A stretch of 64,000 nt of DNA from an uncultured Trueperaceae bacterium (GTDB lineage: Bacteria; Deinococcota; Deinococci; Deinococcales; Trueperaceae): NCBI GenBank assembly GCA_963815215.1, contig CAWFFU010000008.1, forward strand, positions 96,001 to 160,000, given 5' to 3'. The notes beneath the pieces were generated by a model. It was not told the DNA's origin. It was given only the letters and a program-made list of their open reading frames with translations, and did no database searches. The stretch's first letter is position 1; each line of letters starts with the position of its first letter. Shown here one piece after another: positions 20,308 through 29,515 of this stretch. A program made the position numbers and the translations under genes.

Positions 20308-21309
20308 GTGGATGCCGTCGCCCTCCTCATCGCCACTCAACCCGACCGATCGACGACGCTGACACAGGCGCTGTCGCGCGCAGGGTGGCAGGTCGTCGCG
20401 GCAACGGAGCCTCAGGACGCGCTCGGGCGCCTGCGAGGCGGCGGGCTCTCGGCGGTGTTCTGCGACGACTACCTGCGCGGCGCCAGTCCGGGCGGGTTCC
20501 TGGCCTGGTGCCGGCGCGCCGCTCCGGGCCTGCCGTTCTACCAGTTCGCGAGCGACCCGAACGCTACGCGCAGGGCGTTCTACGCCCCCGACGCGGTGCT
20601 CCCCTTCCCACCCGAAGCGGGCAAGCTGCCGCGCCCACAACTCGGCGGCCCGGCCTCCGAAGCCGCGGAGGGAACCGGCGTGCCGCTGCAGGGTGATCTC
20701 GCGCTGCTGCCGCTGGGCGGACTGCTCGACATGATGGCCGTGGCGGGCCAGAGCGCCGTGATCCGGGTGTCGGGGGAGGTCGAGGGCGAGCTGGTGATGG
20801 ACCACGGCGTGCTGCAGCACGCGGTCGCCGGCGAAGGCGTGCTGGGAGTGCGGGCGGTCGCGGATCTCATCGCGTTGCGGGCGGGCTCGTTCCGCGTCGA
20901 CGCCTACGCCCCGCCCCGGCGCCGCACGCTCAGCCTCCCGACCGCCACCGCGCTCACCGAGGCCGCCAAACTCGCCGACGAGCTGGCGCGCGACCGGGCG
21001 CTGGTGGAGCGGGCGCGCCGGGCCCTGCCCGGCGCCCGCGCAGTGGCGGCCGGCTACCCGCTCTCACCGACTTCCATCGTCGGCGACGGCGACGTGCGCG
21101 CGACCTTCGACCGGGCGGCGCGGCTGCTGGAGGTGAACCGGACCGAGATCGGACGCTTCACCCACCTGTGCCTAGAGAACGACGAAGGCGCCATCGCGCT
21201 GGTGGTCTACGGGCAGGGCCGCTTGCTGACGGCGACGGGCCCGCGCGGCACCAGTGTGAAGTTGCTGACGGCTCTGGCGGCCGCGCTCCGGACGAACACC
21301 TCCGGCTGA
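20308..21309 (+). CDS. Degenerate receiver + DUF4388 (PATAN-like) + C-terminal roadblock-like domain protein
   Basis: REC-like N-terminus (AVFCDD). LQGDL..LPL..LL...G.L....G.L.HA...G..A...L.....GSF pattern of DUF4388. Confidence 0.7.
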   Translation: MDAVALLIATQPDRSTTLTQALSRAGWQVVAATEPQDALGRLRGGGLSAVFCDDYLRGASPGGFLAWCRRAAPGLPFYQFASDPNATRRAFYAPDAVLPFPPEAGKLPRPQLGGPASEAAEGTGVPLQGDLALLPLGGLLDMMAVAGQSAVIRVSGEVEGELVMDHGVLQHAVAGEGVLGVRAVADLIALRAGSFRVDAYAPPRRRTLSLPTATALTEAAKLADELARDRALVERARRALPGARAVAAGYPLSPTSIVGDGDVRATFDRAARLLEVNRTEIGRFTHLCLENDEGAIALVVYGQGRLLTATGPRGTSVKLLTALAAALRTNTSG

Positions 21310-21316
21310 GGCCGGC

Positions 21317-22144
21317 TCAGCCCAGAGCCTCCTCGGCCGCCGCCCGCATGACCTCGACGGGCGCGGCCCGACCGAACCAGCGCTCGAAGGCCAGCGCGCC
21401 CTGATGGACCAGCATCGGCAGTCCGTTCTGGGTCGCCAGGCCGGCGGCCCGCGCCCGCGCCAGCAGCAGGGTCTCCCGCGGCCGGTACACGAGGTCGACG
21501 ACCGCGCCCTGGGCCGGCAGCACGCTCTCGGCGAGCGGCGACGAACCCTCGGCGGCGCCCTCCATGCCGGCGGCGGTCGCCTGGATCAGCAGGTGCGCCG
21601 AGCGCACCGCCCCCTCCACGGCGCCCTCGCCGATCACCGCCAGCGCGCCATGGCCGGCGAGATCGGCCGCCAGCCGCTCGGCGCGCAGGCGCGTCCGGTT
21701 GTGGACCGTCACCCGGGCGCCGGCCTGCAGGAGCGCCAGCGTCACCGCTCGGGCCGCGCCACCCGCGCCGAGGACTACCGCCTCCTGGCCCCCCGGCGCC
21801 ACTCCCAGCTCGGCCAGCGCCCGCAGGAAGCCTTCGCCGTCGGTGTTGTCGCCCACCAGCCCGCGCGACGTCGGCACGATGGTGTTGACCGCGCCGACCG
21901 CCCGAGCGGCGTCGGTGAGCCCGTCGAGCCAGCGCATCACCGTGCGTTTGTGCGGGATCGTCACGTTGGCGCCGGCCACGTCGTCGCCCCGCAGGCCCTC
22001 CACCGCCGCGGCCAGCGCGTGTGGCGGCACGTCCGACGCCCGGTAGCGGGCATCGATGCCGCACGCGCGCAGCGCGGCATTGTGCATCGCCGGGCTGAGC
22101 GAGTGCCCGGCAGGATGGGCGAGCAACAGCACGCGGAGCGTCAT
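21317..22144 (-). CDS. aroE: Shikimate dehydrogenase
   Basis: HSLSPAMHN, NVTIPHK, AVNT, NTD, GAGGAA, NRT, DLVY and MLVHQG. Confidence 0.96.
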   Translation of the reverse strand: MTLRVLLLAHPAGHSLSPAMHNAALRACGIDARYRASDVPPHALAAAVEGLRGDDVAGANVTIPHKRTVMRWLDGLTDAARAVGAVNTIVPTSRGLVGDNTDGEGFLRALAELGVAPGGQEAVVLGAGGAARAVTLALLQAGARVTVHNRTRLRAERLAADLAGHGALAVIGEGAVEGAVRSAHLLIQATAAGMEGAAEGSSPLAESVLPAQGAVVDLVYRPRETLLLARARAAGLATQNGLPMLVHQGALAFERWFGRAAPVEVMRAAAEEALG

Positions 22145-22160
22145 CGGTGGGGCGCCGACT

Positions 22161-23192
22161 TCAGGCGGTCGCGACCGGACGCACCTGTCGAAGCAGGACC
22201 TCCAGGGCGCGGTCGACGTCCTCGTCGGTCACCTGGTGATGCGTCGCCAGCCGCACGCGACCCGGCGCGACGGCGTTGAACCGCACGCCCTGCGCCGCGC
22301 AGCGCTCTGCGAAGGCCGGCGCGTCGGCGACGGCGAGGTAGACCATGTTGGTCTGCACCGTCTCCAGGTCGATCTCCACGCCGGGCAGCTCGGCCAGCCC
22401 TTCGGCGAGGCGACGGGCCCGGGCGTGGTCCTCGCGCAACCGCTGTGGCATGGTCTCCAGGGCGTAGAGGCCGGCCGCCGCCAACACGCCGGCCTGGCGC
22501 ATGCCTCCGCCCAGCATCTTGCGGTAGCGGTGGGCGCGATCGATGAACGCGCGGCTCCCCAGCAACACACTGCCCACCGGGGCGCCCAGGCCCTTGCTGA
22601 GGCAGATCGATACCGAGTCGAACCCGGCGCACACCTGGTCGATCTCCACCTCGAGCGCGGCCGCCGCGTTGAAGGCGCGCGCGCCGTCCAGATGCACCGG
22701 TAGGCCCTCGTCGTGGGCGAGCTTGGTGATGGCCCGGCTGACCTCGAGCGGCACCACCGTGCCGCCGGCGCCGTTGTGGGTGTTCTCGATCGAGATCAGG
22801 CCGGTCGGGGCCTGGTGCGGACTGTGGTGGATGGCCGCGCGCACGTCCTCGACACCAGGAACACCGTGTGGAGCCGGCACCAGCCGGGGGACCAGTCCGC
22901 CCACCACCGCCAACGACGCCAGCTCGTAGTCGTAGATGTGCGCTCCCTCGGGAGCGATCACCTCCACGCCTCGCTGGGTGTGGGTGGCCAGCGCCACCTG
23001 GTTGCTCATGGTGCCGCTGGGCATGAAGAGCCCCGCCTCGAACCCGGCGCGCTCGGCCAGGCTGCTCTGGAGACGGTTGACGGTGGGGTCCTCGCCGTAG
23101 ACGTCGTCGCCCACCTCGGCCTCCGCCATGGCCTTGCGCATGGCGGGCGTGGGCTTAGTGACGGTATCGCTTCGAAGGTCGATGGCGCGCAT
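22161..23192 (-). CDS. ltaE: Low-specificity L-threonine aldolase
   Basis: [45 protein letters not shown] and GGGMRQ. Confidence 0.95.
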   Translation of the reverse strand: MRAIDLRSDTVTKPTPAMRKAMAEAEVGDDVYGEDPTVNRLQSSLAERAGFEAGLFMPSGTMSNQVALATHTQRGVEVIAPEGAHIYDYELASLAVVGGLVPRLVPAPHGVPGVEDVRAAIHHSPHQAPTGLISIENTHNGAGGTVVPLEVSRAITKLAHDEGLPVHLDGARAFNAAAALEVEIDQVCAGFDSVSICLSKGLGAPVGSVLLGSRAFIDRAHRYRKMLGGGMRQAGVLAAAGLYALETMPQRLREDHARARRLAEGLAELPGVEIDLETVQTNMVYLAVADAPAFAERCAAQGVRFNAVAPGRVRLATHHQVTDEDVDRALEVLLRQVRPVATA

Positions 23193-23245
23193 GGCGGCAT
23201 TGTATCCCCGCACCCACCGCACGCCGCCTGCCGGAGAGACCCCGT

Positions 23246-24211
23246 TCAGCCGGCCTCGAACGCCGCGGAATAGCTGCACAGCGTCGGCAGGTCGACGTTC
23301 CCGCCGCAGATCACGAGCACCAGGCGGGCGTCGTCGGCGATGCGGCCCTCGCGGCGCAGGCGGCGCGCCGCCGCGACCGTGCAGCCGGCCGCCAGCTCCG
23401 CCGTGACCTTGGCGCGCTCCAGCAGCCAGCGCGCGCCGTGGTACGCCTCGGCATCCGCGACCACCACGACGTCCTGCGCACGCCTCCGGACCACCTCCAG
23501 GGCGAGATCGCAGGTGGTGGGCGCGCCGAGCGTGCGCGCCAACGAGGTCGGCTCCATGCTGACCGGCCGCCCCGCCGCCAGGGAACGCGTCATCACGTCC
23601 GCTCCCTCGGTCTCCACGCCCCACAGCCGGATCGCGGGCAACCGCTCCGCGAGGGCGGTGGCCACGCCGCCGAAGAGCCCTCCGCCGCCGATGCTGACGA
23701 TCGCGTCGGTGGCGTCCGGGAGGTCCTCCGCGATCTCGAGCCCCAGCGTGCCGTTCCCGGCCATCATCGCTTCGGGCGCGAAGGGGTGGAGCAGCACCCA
23801 GCCGTCCTCCCGGTAGCGCCCGCTGCGCTGGAACGCGGCCGGGATGCCGGGCGTCAGCTCGACCTCGGCGCCGTAGCCGCGGGTCGCCTCGACGTAGTTC
23901 GACGGCGTGGTCTCGGGCATCAACACCCGACAGCGCACGCCCAGCTCACGCGCGGCGAAGGCCGCACCCTGCGCGAAGTTCCCGCCGCTGACGGCGACCA
24001 CGCCGCGCTCACGGGCCTGCGGCAGGACCTCCAGCAGCTGGGCGAAGGCCCCGCGCGGCTTGAACGAGCCCGTCTTCTGGAACAGCTCGAGCTTGAGCCA
24101 CGCCTCACACCCCAGCTCGCGGCTCAGGCTGGCGCTGTGCTCGATCGGCGTGCGACGCACGTAGGGCGCGATCCGTTCACGGGCGGCCTCGATACTCGTG
24201 AGATCCAGCAT
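23246..24211 (-). CDS. PLP-dependent threonine/serine dehydratase (catalytic domain only)
   Basis: [29 protein letters not shown] and CGGN. Confidence 0.88.
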   Translation of the reverse strand: MLDLTSIEAARERIAPYVRRTPIEHSASLSRELGCEAWLKLELFQKTGSFKPRGAFAQLLEVLPQARERGVVAVSGGNFAQGAAFAARELGVRCRVLMPETTPSNYVEATRGYGAEVELTPGIPAAFQRSGRYREDGWVLLHPFAPEAMMAGNGTLGLEIAEDLPDATDAIVSIGGGGLFGGVATALAERLPAIRLWGVETEGADVMTRSLAAGRPVSMEPTSLARTLGAPTTCDLALEVVRRRAQDVVVVADAEAYHGARWLLERAKVTAELAAGCTVAAARRLRREGRIADDARLVLVICGGNVDLPTLCSYSAAFEAG

Positions 24212-24249
24212 GCTAGGCTCCTCCGAGTCCCCGCTCCACTTCGGCGCCG

Positions 24250-25596
24250 TCAACCGCTCACGGCCTCGCCGTGACCCGTCCCCAGCGCATCGGCCAGCCA
24301 CCCCTCGAAGGACGCGAGACCGCGCCGGTACATCGCCGTGCGGCGCTCCTTCTTGCCCTGCCCTTTGCGCTTGGGTAGGGCCGGCACCAGGCCCCAGTTG
24401 GCGTTCATCGGCTGGAAGCCGTCGGGGTTGGCGCCCGCCAGGAAGCGCACCAGGCCGCCCAGCATGCTGTCCTCGGGCGGCAGCACGCTCTCCAGTCCGA
24501 GCGCCCTGCGGGCGGCGTTGGTACCTGCCAGCCAGCCCGTCGCCGAGGACTCGAGGTAGCCCTCGGTGCCCGCCAGCACGCCGGCCGTGAACCACTGAGG
24601 GTGCTCGCGGAAGCTCAGGCTCGGCTCCAGCAGGCGCGGAGCGTTGAGGTAGGTGTTGCGGTGCATGACGCCGTAGCGCACGATGTCGGCCTGCTCGAGC
24701 CCGGGGATGGCGCGCACCACCTCCTTCTGGTCGCCCCACGCGAGGCCCGTCTGGAATCCCACCAGCGACCACATCTGGCCGCGGGCGTCCTCCTGCCGCA
24801 TCTGCGCCACCGCGAAGTAACGGTCGCCGGTCTCCGGGTGCTCCAGCCCGACCGGCTTCAGGGGGCCGAAGCGCGGGGTGTCGTAGCCGCGCCGCGCCAG
24901 CTCCTCGATCGGCATGCAGCCCTCGAAGAACTCGAGCTTCTCCCAGTCGTGCCCAACGTGCTTGCGCGCCGCCGTGAGGAGCTCATAGAAGGCGTCGTAG
25001 CGCTCCTTGCTGAACGGCAGGTTCAGGTAGTCCGCCGCCTGGTCGTAGCGGCCCTTGCGGAAGGCGATGTTCATGTCGACACTGTCGACGTCGATGACCG
25101 GCGCCGCCGCGTCGTAGAAGCCCAGGAAGTCGGTGCCCAGGCGCTCCTTCAGCGCCGCGGCCAGCGCGTCGCTGGTGAGCGGGCCGGTCGCCAGCACCAC
25201 GATCCCCTCGGGCAGCGACGCCAGCTCGCCGGTGTGCACCGTGATCAACGGGTGCGCGCGCACCGCCTCGGTGACGGCCCGGCTGAAGGCCTCGCGGTCG
25301 ACGGCCAGGGCGCCACCAGCCGGCACCCGGCAGGCGTGTGCCGTGGTCAGCACCACCCCGCCGGCAGCCCGCATCTCGGCCTGCAGCAGCCCCTTGGCGT
25401 TGCTCTCCCCCTCGCCGCCGAAGCTGTTGGAGCACACCAGCTCGGCGAAGTCCCCGGTGTGGTGGGCGGGCGTCATGGCGACGGGGCGCATCTCGTGCAG
25501 GTGCACGCGCACGCCCAGGCGCGCGGCGGCGAGCGCCGCGTCGCTGCCGGCCATGCCGGCTCCGACGACGGTGATGGAGGGCCGTGACTCGCTCAT
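24250..25596 (-). CDS. trmFO: FADH2/folate-dependent tRNA (uracil-5-)-methyltransferase TrmFO (Gid)
   Basis: GAGMAG, AELVCSNS, AGGALAVDR, DAAAP, FEGCMPIE, VGFQT, RYGVMHRN and FQPMNAN. Confidence 0.96.
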   Translation of the reverse strand: MSESRPSITVVGAGMAGSDAALAAARLGVRVHLHEMRPVAMTPAHHTGDFAELVCSNSFGGEGESNAKGLLQAEMRAAGGVVLTTAHACRVPAGGALAVDREAFSRAVTEAVRAHPLITVHTGELASLPEGIVVLATGPLTSDALAAALKERLGTDFLGFYDAAAPVIDVDSVDMNIAFRKGRYDQAADYLNLPFSKERYDAFYELLTAARKHVGHDWEKLEFFEGCMPIEELARRGYDTPRFGPLKPVGLEHPETGDRYFAVAQMRQEDARGQMWSLVGFQTGLAWGDQKEVVRAIPGLEQADIVRYGVMHRNTYLNAPRLLEPSLSFREHPQWFTAGVLAGTEGYLESSATGWLAGTNAARRALGLESVLPPEDSMLGGLVRFLAGANPDGFQPMNANWGLVPALPKRKGQGKKERRTAMYRRGLASFEGWLADALGTGHGEAVSG

Positions 25597-25649
25597 CCGG
25601 TGAGTGTAGCAGCGCCCCCGTCGTGCGCCGGTCCGCCCCGACGCACGCG

Positions 25650-25810
25650 AACCACCCCGCTCTGCAGGGTGGTCCGTGGGTGGCTCTCAGGCGCTCAGGG
25701 GGGGACGCCAGGCCGAGTTCGCGATTCGGCTCACCTACAAGGTACGCCCCCATCAGGAGAGGGCGATGACTGGGAGGTGAAAAGGCTGAGCGAGCCGAAG
25801 GCGTCTCGCG
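25650..25810 (-). ncRNA. Candidate structured small RNA (unassigned family; strand tentative)
   Basis: Non-coding gap between divergent genes that each have their own nearby -10. Contains several nested complementary segments and a terminal 10-bp hairpin (25651-25673) that is fully paired, with one G-U, only on the minus strand. Confidence 0.4.
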
Positions 25811-25887
25811 GGACGTTGCACCGTCGCGTACGGGGCGCATCCGGGGCGCATCCGGACCGACTAGACTGGGCCTCGACGGGAGGCGCC

Positions 25888-26391
25888 ATGCAATCCACCC
25901 CTTCGGCCGGATCGATCCAGGAGGCCATCCCCAACAATCACTGCTGGGGTTGCGGCACGTTGAACCCGGAAGGCCTGCACATCCACAGCCACTTCGAGGG
26001 CGACACGTCGGTGTGCGTGCACCTGCCGGACGCCGCCTTCATGGCCGGCCCGACGCACGTGCTCAACGGCGGCATCCTCGCCACGCTGGTCGACTGCCAC
26101 TGCGTCTGCACCGCCATCGCCGACGCCTACCAGAGCGAGGGGCGTGCCGTGGGCGAGCCGCCCGAGATCTGGTACGCCACGGCCAACCTGTCGCTGGACT
26201 ACCGGCGCCCCACGCCGCTGGAGGGTCCCGTCACGCTGCGCGCGCAGATCGTCGAGCGCTCTCCGCGCAAGCGGGTCCTGCGCTGTCGCGTGGACGCGCG
26301 GGGCGAGCTCACCGTGGAGGCGACGGTGGTGGCGGTGCGGGTGCCGCCCGAGTGGCGCGAGGCCCACGGGCACGCCGGTGGCCGCGTGTGA
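25888..26391 (+). CDS. PaaI/hotdog-fold thioesterase
   Basis: CWGCGTLNPEGL, NGGILATLVDCH, ATANLSLDYRRPTP. GGGAGG RBS and TAGACT upstream. Confidence 0.88.
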   Translation: MQSTPSAGSIQEAIPNNHCWGCGTLNPEGLHIHSHFEGDTSVCVHLPDAAFMAGPTHVLNGGILATLVDCHCVCTAIADAYQSEGRAVGEPPEIWYATANLSLDYRRPTPLEGPVTLRAQIVERSPRKRVLRCRVDARGELTVEATVVAVRVPPEWREAHGHAGGRV

Positions 26392-27443
26392 ACGGTGCCA
26401 TGGGGCGCCGCGGGCGCGCGCTCGCCGTGCTGGCGCTGGCGCTCGCGGCCGCCGCCATGCCGGCCCGGACCGCGACCGCCCAGAGCGCCGCCGTGGGACA
26501 GAGCCCCACGGCCTGGAGCGCTCTCTACCGCGGCACGGCAGGACCCGCCCCGGCGGTGCTCGAGCTGACGCTGCGGGGCCCGCAAGCGAGCGGCCGGCTG
26601 CTGCTCGACGGCCACAGCGTCACCCTCGAGGGTCACGGTGCCATCGACGCCTCCGGCGCCGTGACCCTCACGCTGGAGGGCCCCGACGGCGCGGTTCGCG
26701 GCGCGCTACGCGGGAGCCGTTCGTCGGCCCCCAACGACGACGGCCGCAGCTTCCGCGGACGCCTCACCCTCGCCGGCGCCAGCGAGCCCGTCACCCTGCA
26801 ACGCGTAGCACAGTTCGTGGACCTCGACGTGCGCGAAGGCCCGATCCACGTCAGTTTGCGCTACCCCAGCTTCGCCGGCGGCCCGCTGGCGGCGCTCAAC
26901 CCCGCCATCGAGCCGGCGGCGCGCGCGGGGCTGATCGCATTCATCGACCAGGGCCGGAGCGCGCAGGCGGCCGGCGAGCTGTTCCACGGCTGGGAGCGCA
27001 TCACCACCACCCGGATCGAGGGGCTGGCCGGACCCTTCGTGAGCCTGCGCACGCAGAGCTACGTCTACAGCGGCGGAGCTCACGGCAACACCAGCTACGC
27101 CACCCACACCTGGCGCCTGGGCGGACCGGCCCCGCGCGAGCTGCGGCTGTCCGACCTGTTCCGGCCGAACGCGGCGTATCTGCCGCGGCTCGTCCCGTTG
27201 GTGCTGGCCGACCTCGAGGCGCAGCACGCGACCTGGGTCGTCGACGGGCAGATCTCCACCCTCGGCGAGGCGGACCTGGCGCTGTTCTCGCTCACCCCGG
27301 CCGGGTTGGCGTTCACCTTCCCTCCCTACGCCATGGGGCCGTACGTCGAGGGCACCTTCACGGTGGTCGTGCCCTACCGGAAGCTGCTCGACCTGGCGCT
27401 TCCCGGCGGCGCCATCGACGCCTTCAACGGCGCGACGCCCTGA
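26388..27443 (+). CDS. Secreted DUF4163/DUF3298 (RsiV/PdaC-like) domain protein
   Basis: Signal peptide, YSGGAHGN, LRLSDLF and FPPYAMGPYVEG. Confidence 0.8.
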   Translation: MNGAMGRRGRALAVLALALAAAAMPARTATAQSAAVGQSPTAWSALYRGTAGPAPAVLELTLRGPQASGRLLLDGHSVTLEGHGAIDASGAVTLTLEGPDGAVRGALRGSRSSAPNDDGRSFRGRLTLAGASEPVTLQRVAQFVDLDVREGPIHVSLRYPSFAGGPLAALNPAIEPAARAGLIAFIDQGRSAQAAGELFHGWERITTTRIEGLAGPFVSLRTQSYVYSGGAHGNTSYATHTWRLGGPAPRELRLSDLFRPNAAYLPRLVPLVLADLEAQHATWVVDGQISTLGEADLALFSLTPAGLAFTFPPYAMGPYVEGTFTVVVPYRKLLDLALPGGAIDAFNGATP

Positions 27444-27485
27444 TCCCAGGGCCGCCGCGGGTAGGGCGCAGTGGTCCGCCGTCGC

Positions 27486-27514
27486 TTGCCAGGGAGCGCC
27501 CGTCGAAGTAGCCT
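27486..27514 (+). promoter_or_regulatory. Sigma-A-type promoter of htpG
   Basis: TTGCCA-N17-TAGCCT. Confidence 0.65.
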
Positions 27515-27527
27515 GAAGGGCGTGCCG

Positions 27528-27567
27528 GACGCCCTCTCGGCGCCCGGCCGGGCGCCGAGAGGGCGTC
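27528..27567. repeat. Perfect 40-bp palindrome in the htpG leader
   Basis: GACGCCCTCTCGGCGCCCGG|CCGGGCGCCGAGAGGGCGTC. Confidence 0.95.
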
Positions 27568-27599
27568 GCAACGACCCTGCAACGACCCTGCAACGACCC
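27568..27599 (+). repeat. 3 x 11-bp tandem repeat GCAACGACCCT
   Basis: Copies start at 27568, 27579 and 27590 (the last lacks the final T), directly before RBS GGGAGG. Confidence 0.92.
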
Positions 27600-27610
27600 C
27601 GGGAGGCCAC

Positions 27611-29515
27611 ATGCCGAACGAGACCATCGCCTTCAAGACGGAGATCACCCAGCTCCTGGACATCCTGGTCCACTCGCTCTACACCGAGCGCGAGATCTTC
27701 CTTCGCGAGCTTCTGTCCAACGCCTCCGACGCGCTCCACCGCTTCAAGCTGGAGAGCCTCGGCCAGGGCGAGGTCGCCGACCCGGCGCTGGAGCCGGGCA
27801 TCTGGATCGAGCCCGACGCCGACGCCGGCACGCTGACGGTACGCGACAGCGGCCGGGGCATGAGCCGCGACGAGCTGGTGCAGAACCTCGGTACCATCGC
27901 CCACAGCGGAGCCCGCCGTTTCGCCGAAGCCATGAAGGAGCTCAACCAGGGCGACAGCGCCTCCGCCCGCGACCTGATCGGCCGCTTCGGCGTCGGCTTC
28001 TACAGCGTCTTCATGGTCGCCGACGAGGTGGAGGTCCGGTCGCGCGGCCTGGCGCCGCAGGAGGAGCCCGCTCGTTGGCTCTCGCGCGGCGACGGCAGCT
28101 TCGAAGTGGGGGCGGCTGAGGACTGCGAGCGCGGCACCGAGGTGCGGCTGCACCTCAAGGAGGACGCCCGCGAGTTCCTGGAGCCGCAGCGTCTGCGTCA
28201 CATCGTGCGTACGCACTCCAACTACGTGCCCTTCCCCATCTACCTGCGCGAGGACGGGGCCTGGACCCAGGTCAACGACCGCACGGCGTTGTGGCGCGAG
28301 CGCCCCGGCAGCGTCAGCGACGAACAGCACCGCAGCTTCCTGGGGCAGCTCCGCTTCGGAGCCGAGGCGCCGCTGCTCACCGTCCACCTGCAGGCCGACG
28401 TTCCGCTGCAGTTCTACGCGCTGTTGTACGTGCCCGAGCACCGCGACCCGATGGCGCTGCGCGACCCCGACGGCGACGGACTGCGGCTCTACGCCCGCAA
28501 GGTGTTGATCGAGGAGCACAACCGGTCGCTGCTGCCGCGCTGGCTCCGCTTCATGGTGGGCGTGGTGGACGCCGAGGACCTGCCGCTCAACGTCTCACGC
28601 GAGACGGTGCAGGCGACGCCGGCGCTGAGTCGGATCCGGACCGTGCTCGGCAAGCGCGTGGTGGGCGAGATCGCGCGCCTCGCCGAGGAGGACGCCGAGC
28701 GCTTCGAGCGCTTCCTGCACGAGTACGGACCGTTCCTCAAGGAGGCCGTCGCCACCGACCCCGGGCGCGACGAGCGCATCCCCGACCTGTTGCGTTTCAC
28801 CACCACACGCGGCCAGGCGGTCTCGCTGAAGGACTACGTCGAGCGGATGAAGGACAGCCAGAACGAGATCTACTACGTGCAGGCCGACGACGTCGGGTCC
28901 GCGCTGGCGAGCCCCCATCTGGAGCCTTTCGAACGCCGTGATCTCGAGGTGCTGGTGCTGGAGGGGCCGCTCGACGCGTTCCTGCCGATGGGGCTGCCCA
29001 TGTACCACGACCACGCGCTGCGCGACGTCGGCGATGCGGACCTGGAGCTGCCCGACGTTCCCGAGCGGGATGGAGCCGAACGCCCTGCCGGCGACGGGGC
29101 TGCCGAGCTCGACGACGCACTCTTCGATCGCCTGCTGGAGCGCTTCCGGCGCTCGCTCGGTGAGCGTGTCGCGGAGGTGCGCGAGAGCCGCTTGTTGGAG
29201 CGCGGTCCGGCCCGGCTGGTGGCGCCGGCGGGCGCGCCGGCCGGGATGGAGCGGCTTCGGCGCCTCACGGAGGAGGGCTACCAGGCCGCTCCGAGGGTAC
29301 TCGAGCTCAACCGCCGCAGCGAGCTGCTCCGGCACCTCGGCGAGCGGCTGCGGGCCGATCCGGACGACGCGTTGCTCGACGAGCTCATCGTTCAGCTCTT
29401 CGAGACCCAGCTCCTGCTGGAAGGCCTGCACCCGAACCCAGCGGCCATGGCGGCCCGCATCGAGCGGCTGCTCACCGCGGCCAGCCGGGCGCCGGCGCCG
29501 AACGACTCAGAGTAG
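27611..29515 (+). CDS. htpG: Hsp90 chaperone HtpG
   Basis: SLYTEREIFLRELLSNASDA, DSGRGM, NLGTIAHSG, IGRFGVGFYS, DLPLNVSRE and LELN. Confidence 0.96.
   Translation: MPNETIAFKTEITQLLDILVHSLYTEREIFLRELLSNASDALHRFKLESLGQGEVADPALEPGIWIEPDADAGTLTVRDSGRGMSRDELVQNLGTIAHSGARRFAEAMKELNQGDSASARDLIGRFGVGFYSVFMVADEVEVRSRGLAPQEEPARWLSRGDGSFEVGAAEDCERGTEVRLHLKEDAREFLEPQRLRHIVRTHSNYVPFPIYLREDGAWTQVNDRTALWRERPGSVSDEQHRSFLGQLRFGAEAPLLTVHLQADVPLQFYALLYVPEHRDPMALRDPDGDGLRLYARKVLIEEHNRSLLPRWLRFMVGVVDAEDLPLNVSRETVQATPALSRIRTVLGKRVVGEIARLAEEDAERFERFLHEYGPFLKEAVATDPGRDERIPDLLRFTTTRGQAVSLKDYVERMKDSQNEIYYVQADDVGSALASPHLEPFERRDLEVLVLEGPLDAFLPMGLPMYHDHALRDVGDADLELPDVPERDGAERPAGDGAAELDDALFDRLLERFRRSLGERVAEVRESRLLERGPARLVAPAGAPAGMERLRRLTEEGYQAAPRVLELNRRSELLRHLGERLRADPDDALLDELIVQLFETQLLLEGLHPNPAAMAARIERLLTAASRAPAPNDSE

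Noticed and set aside
25712..25730. T-arm-like hairpin GCCGAG-TTCGCGA-TTCGGC suggesting a tRNA or tmRNA
   Set aside because: The loop deviates from TTCRANY, and no acceptor stem, anticodon arm or CCA end can be built.
25683..25803. Glycine riboswitch-like words (CTCTCAGG, GGAGAG, GCCGAAGG)
   Set aside because: The words are not in the order or spacing of a complete aptamer, there is no closing CTCTCAGG after GCCGAAGG, and the downstream gene is unrelated to glycine.
27568..27599. Short tandem repeats (also 25832-25853, 49729-49764, 52537-52577) as CRISPR arrays or iterons
   Set aside because: Only 2-3 copies of 11-18 bp, no unique spacers of CRISPR length, and no cas or rep genes.
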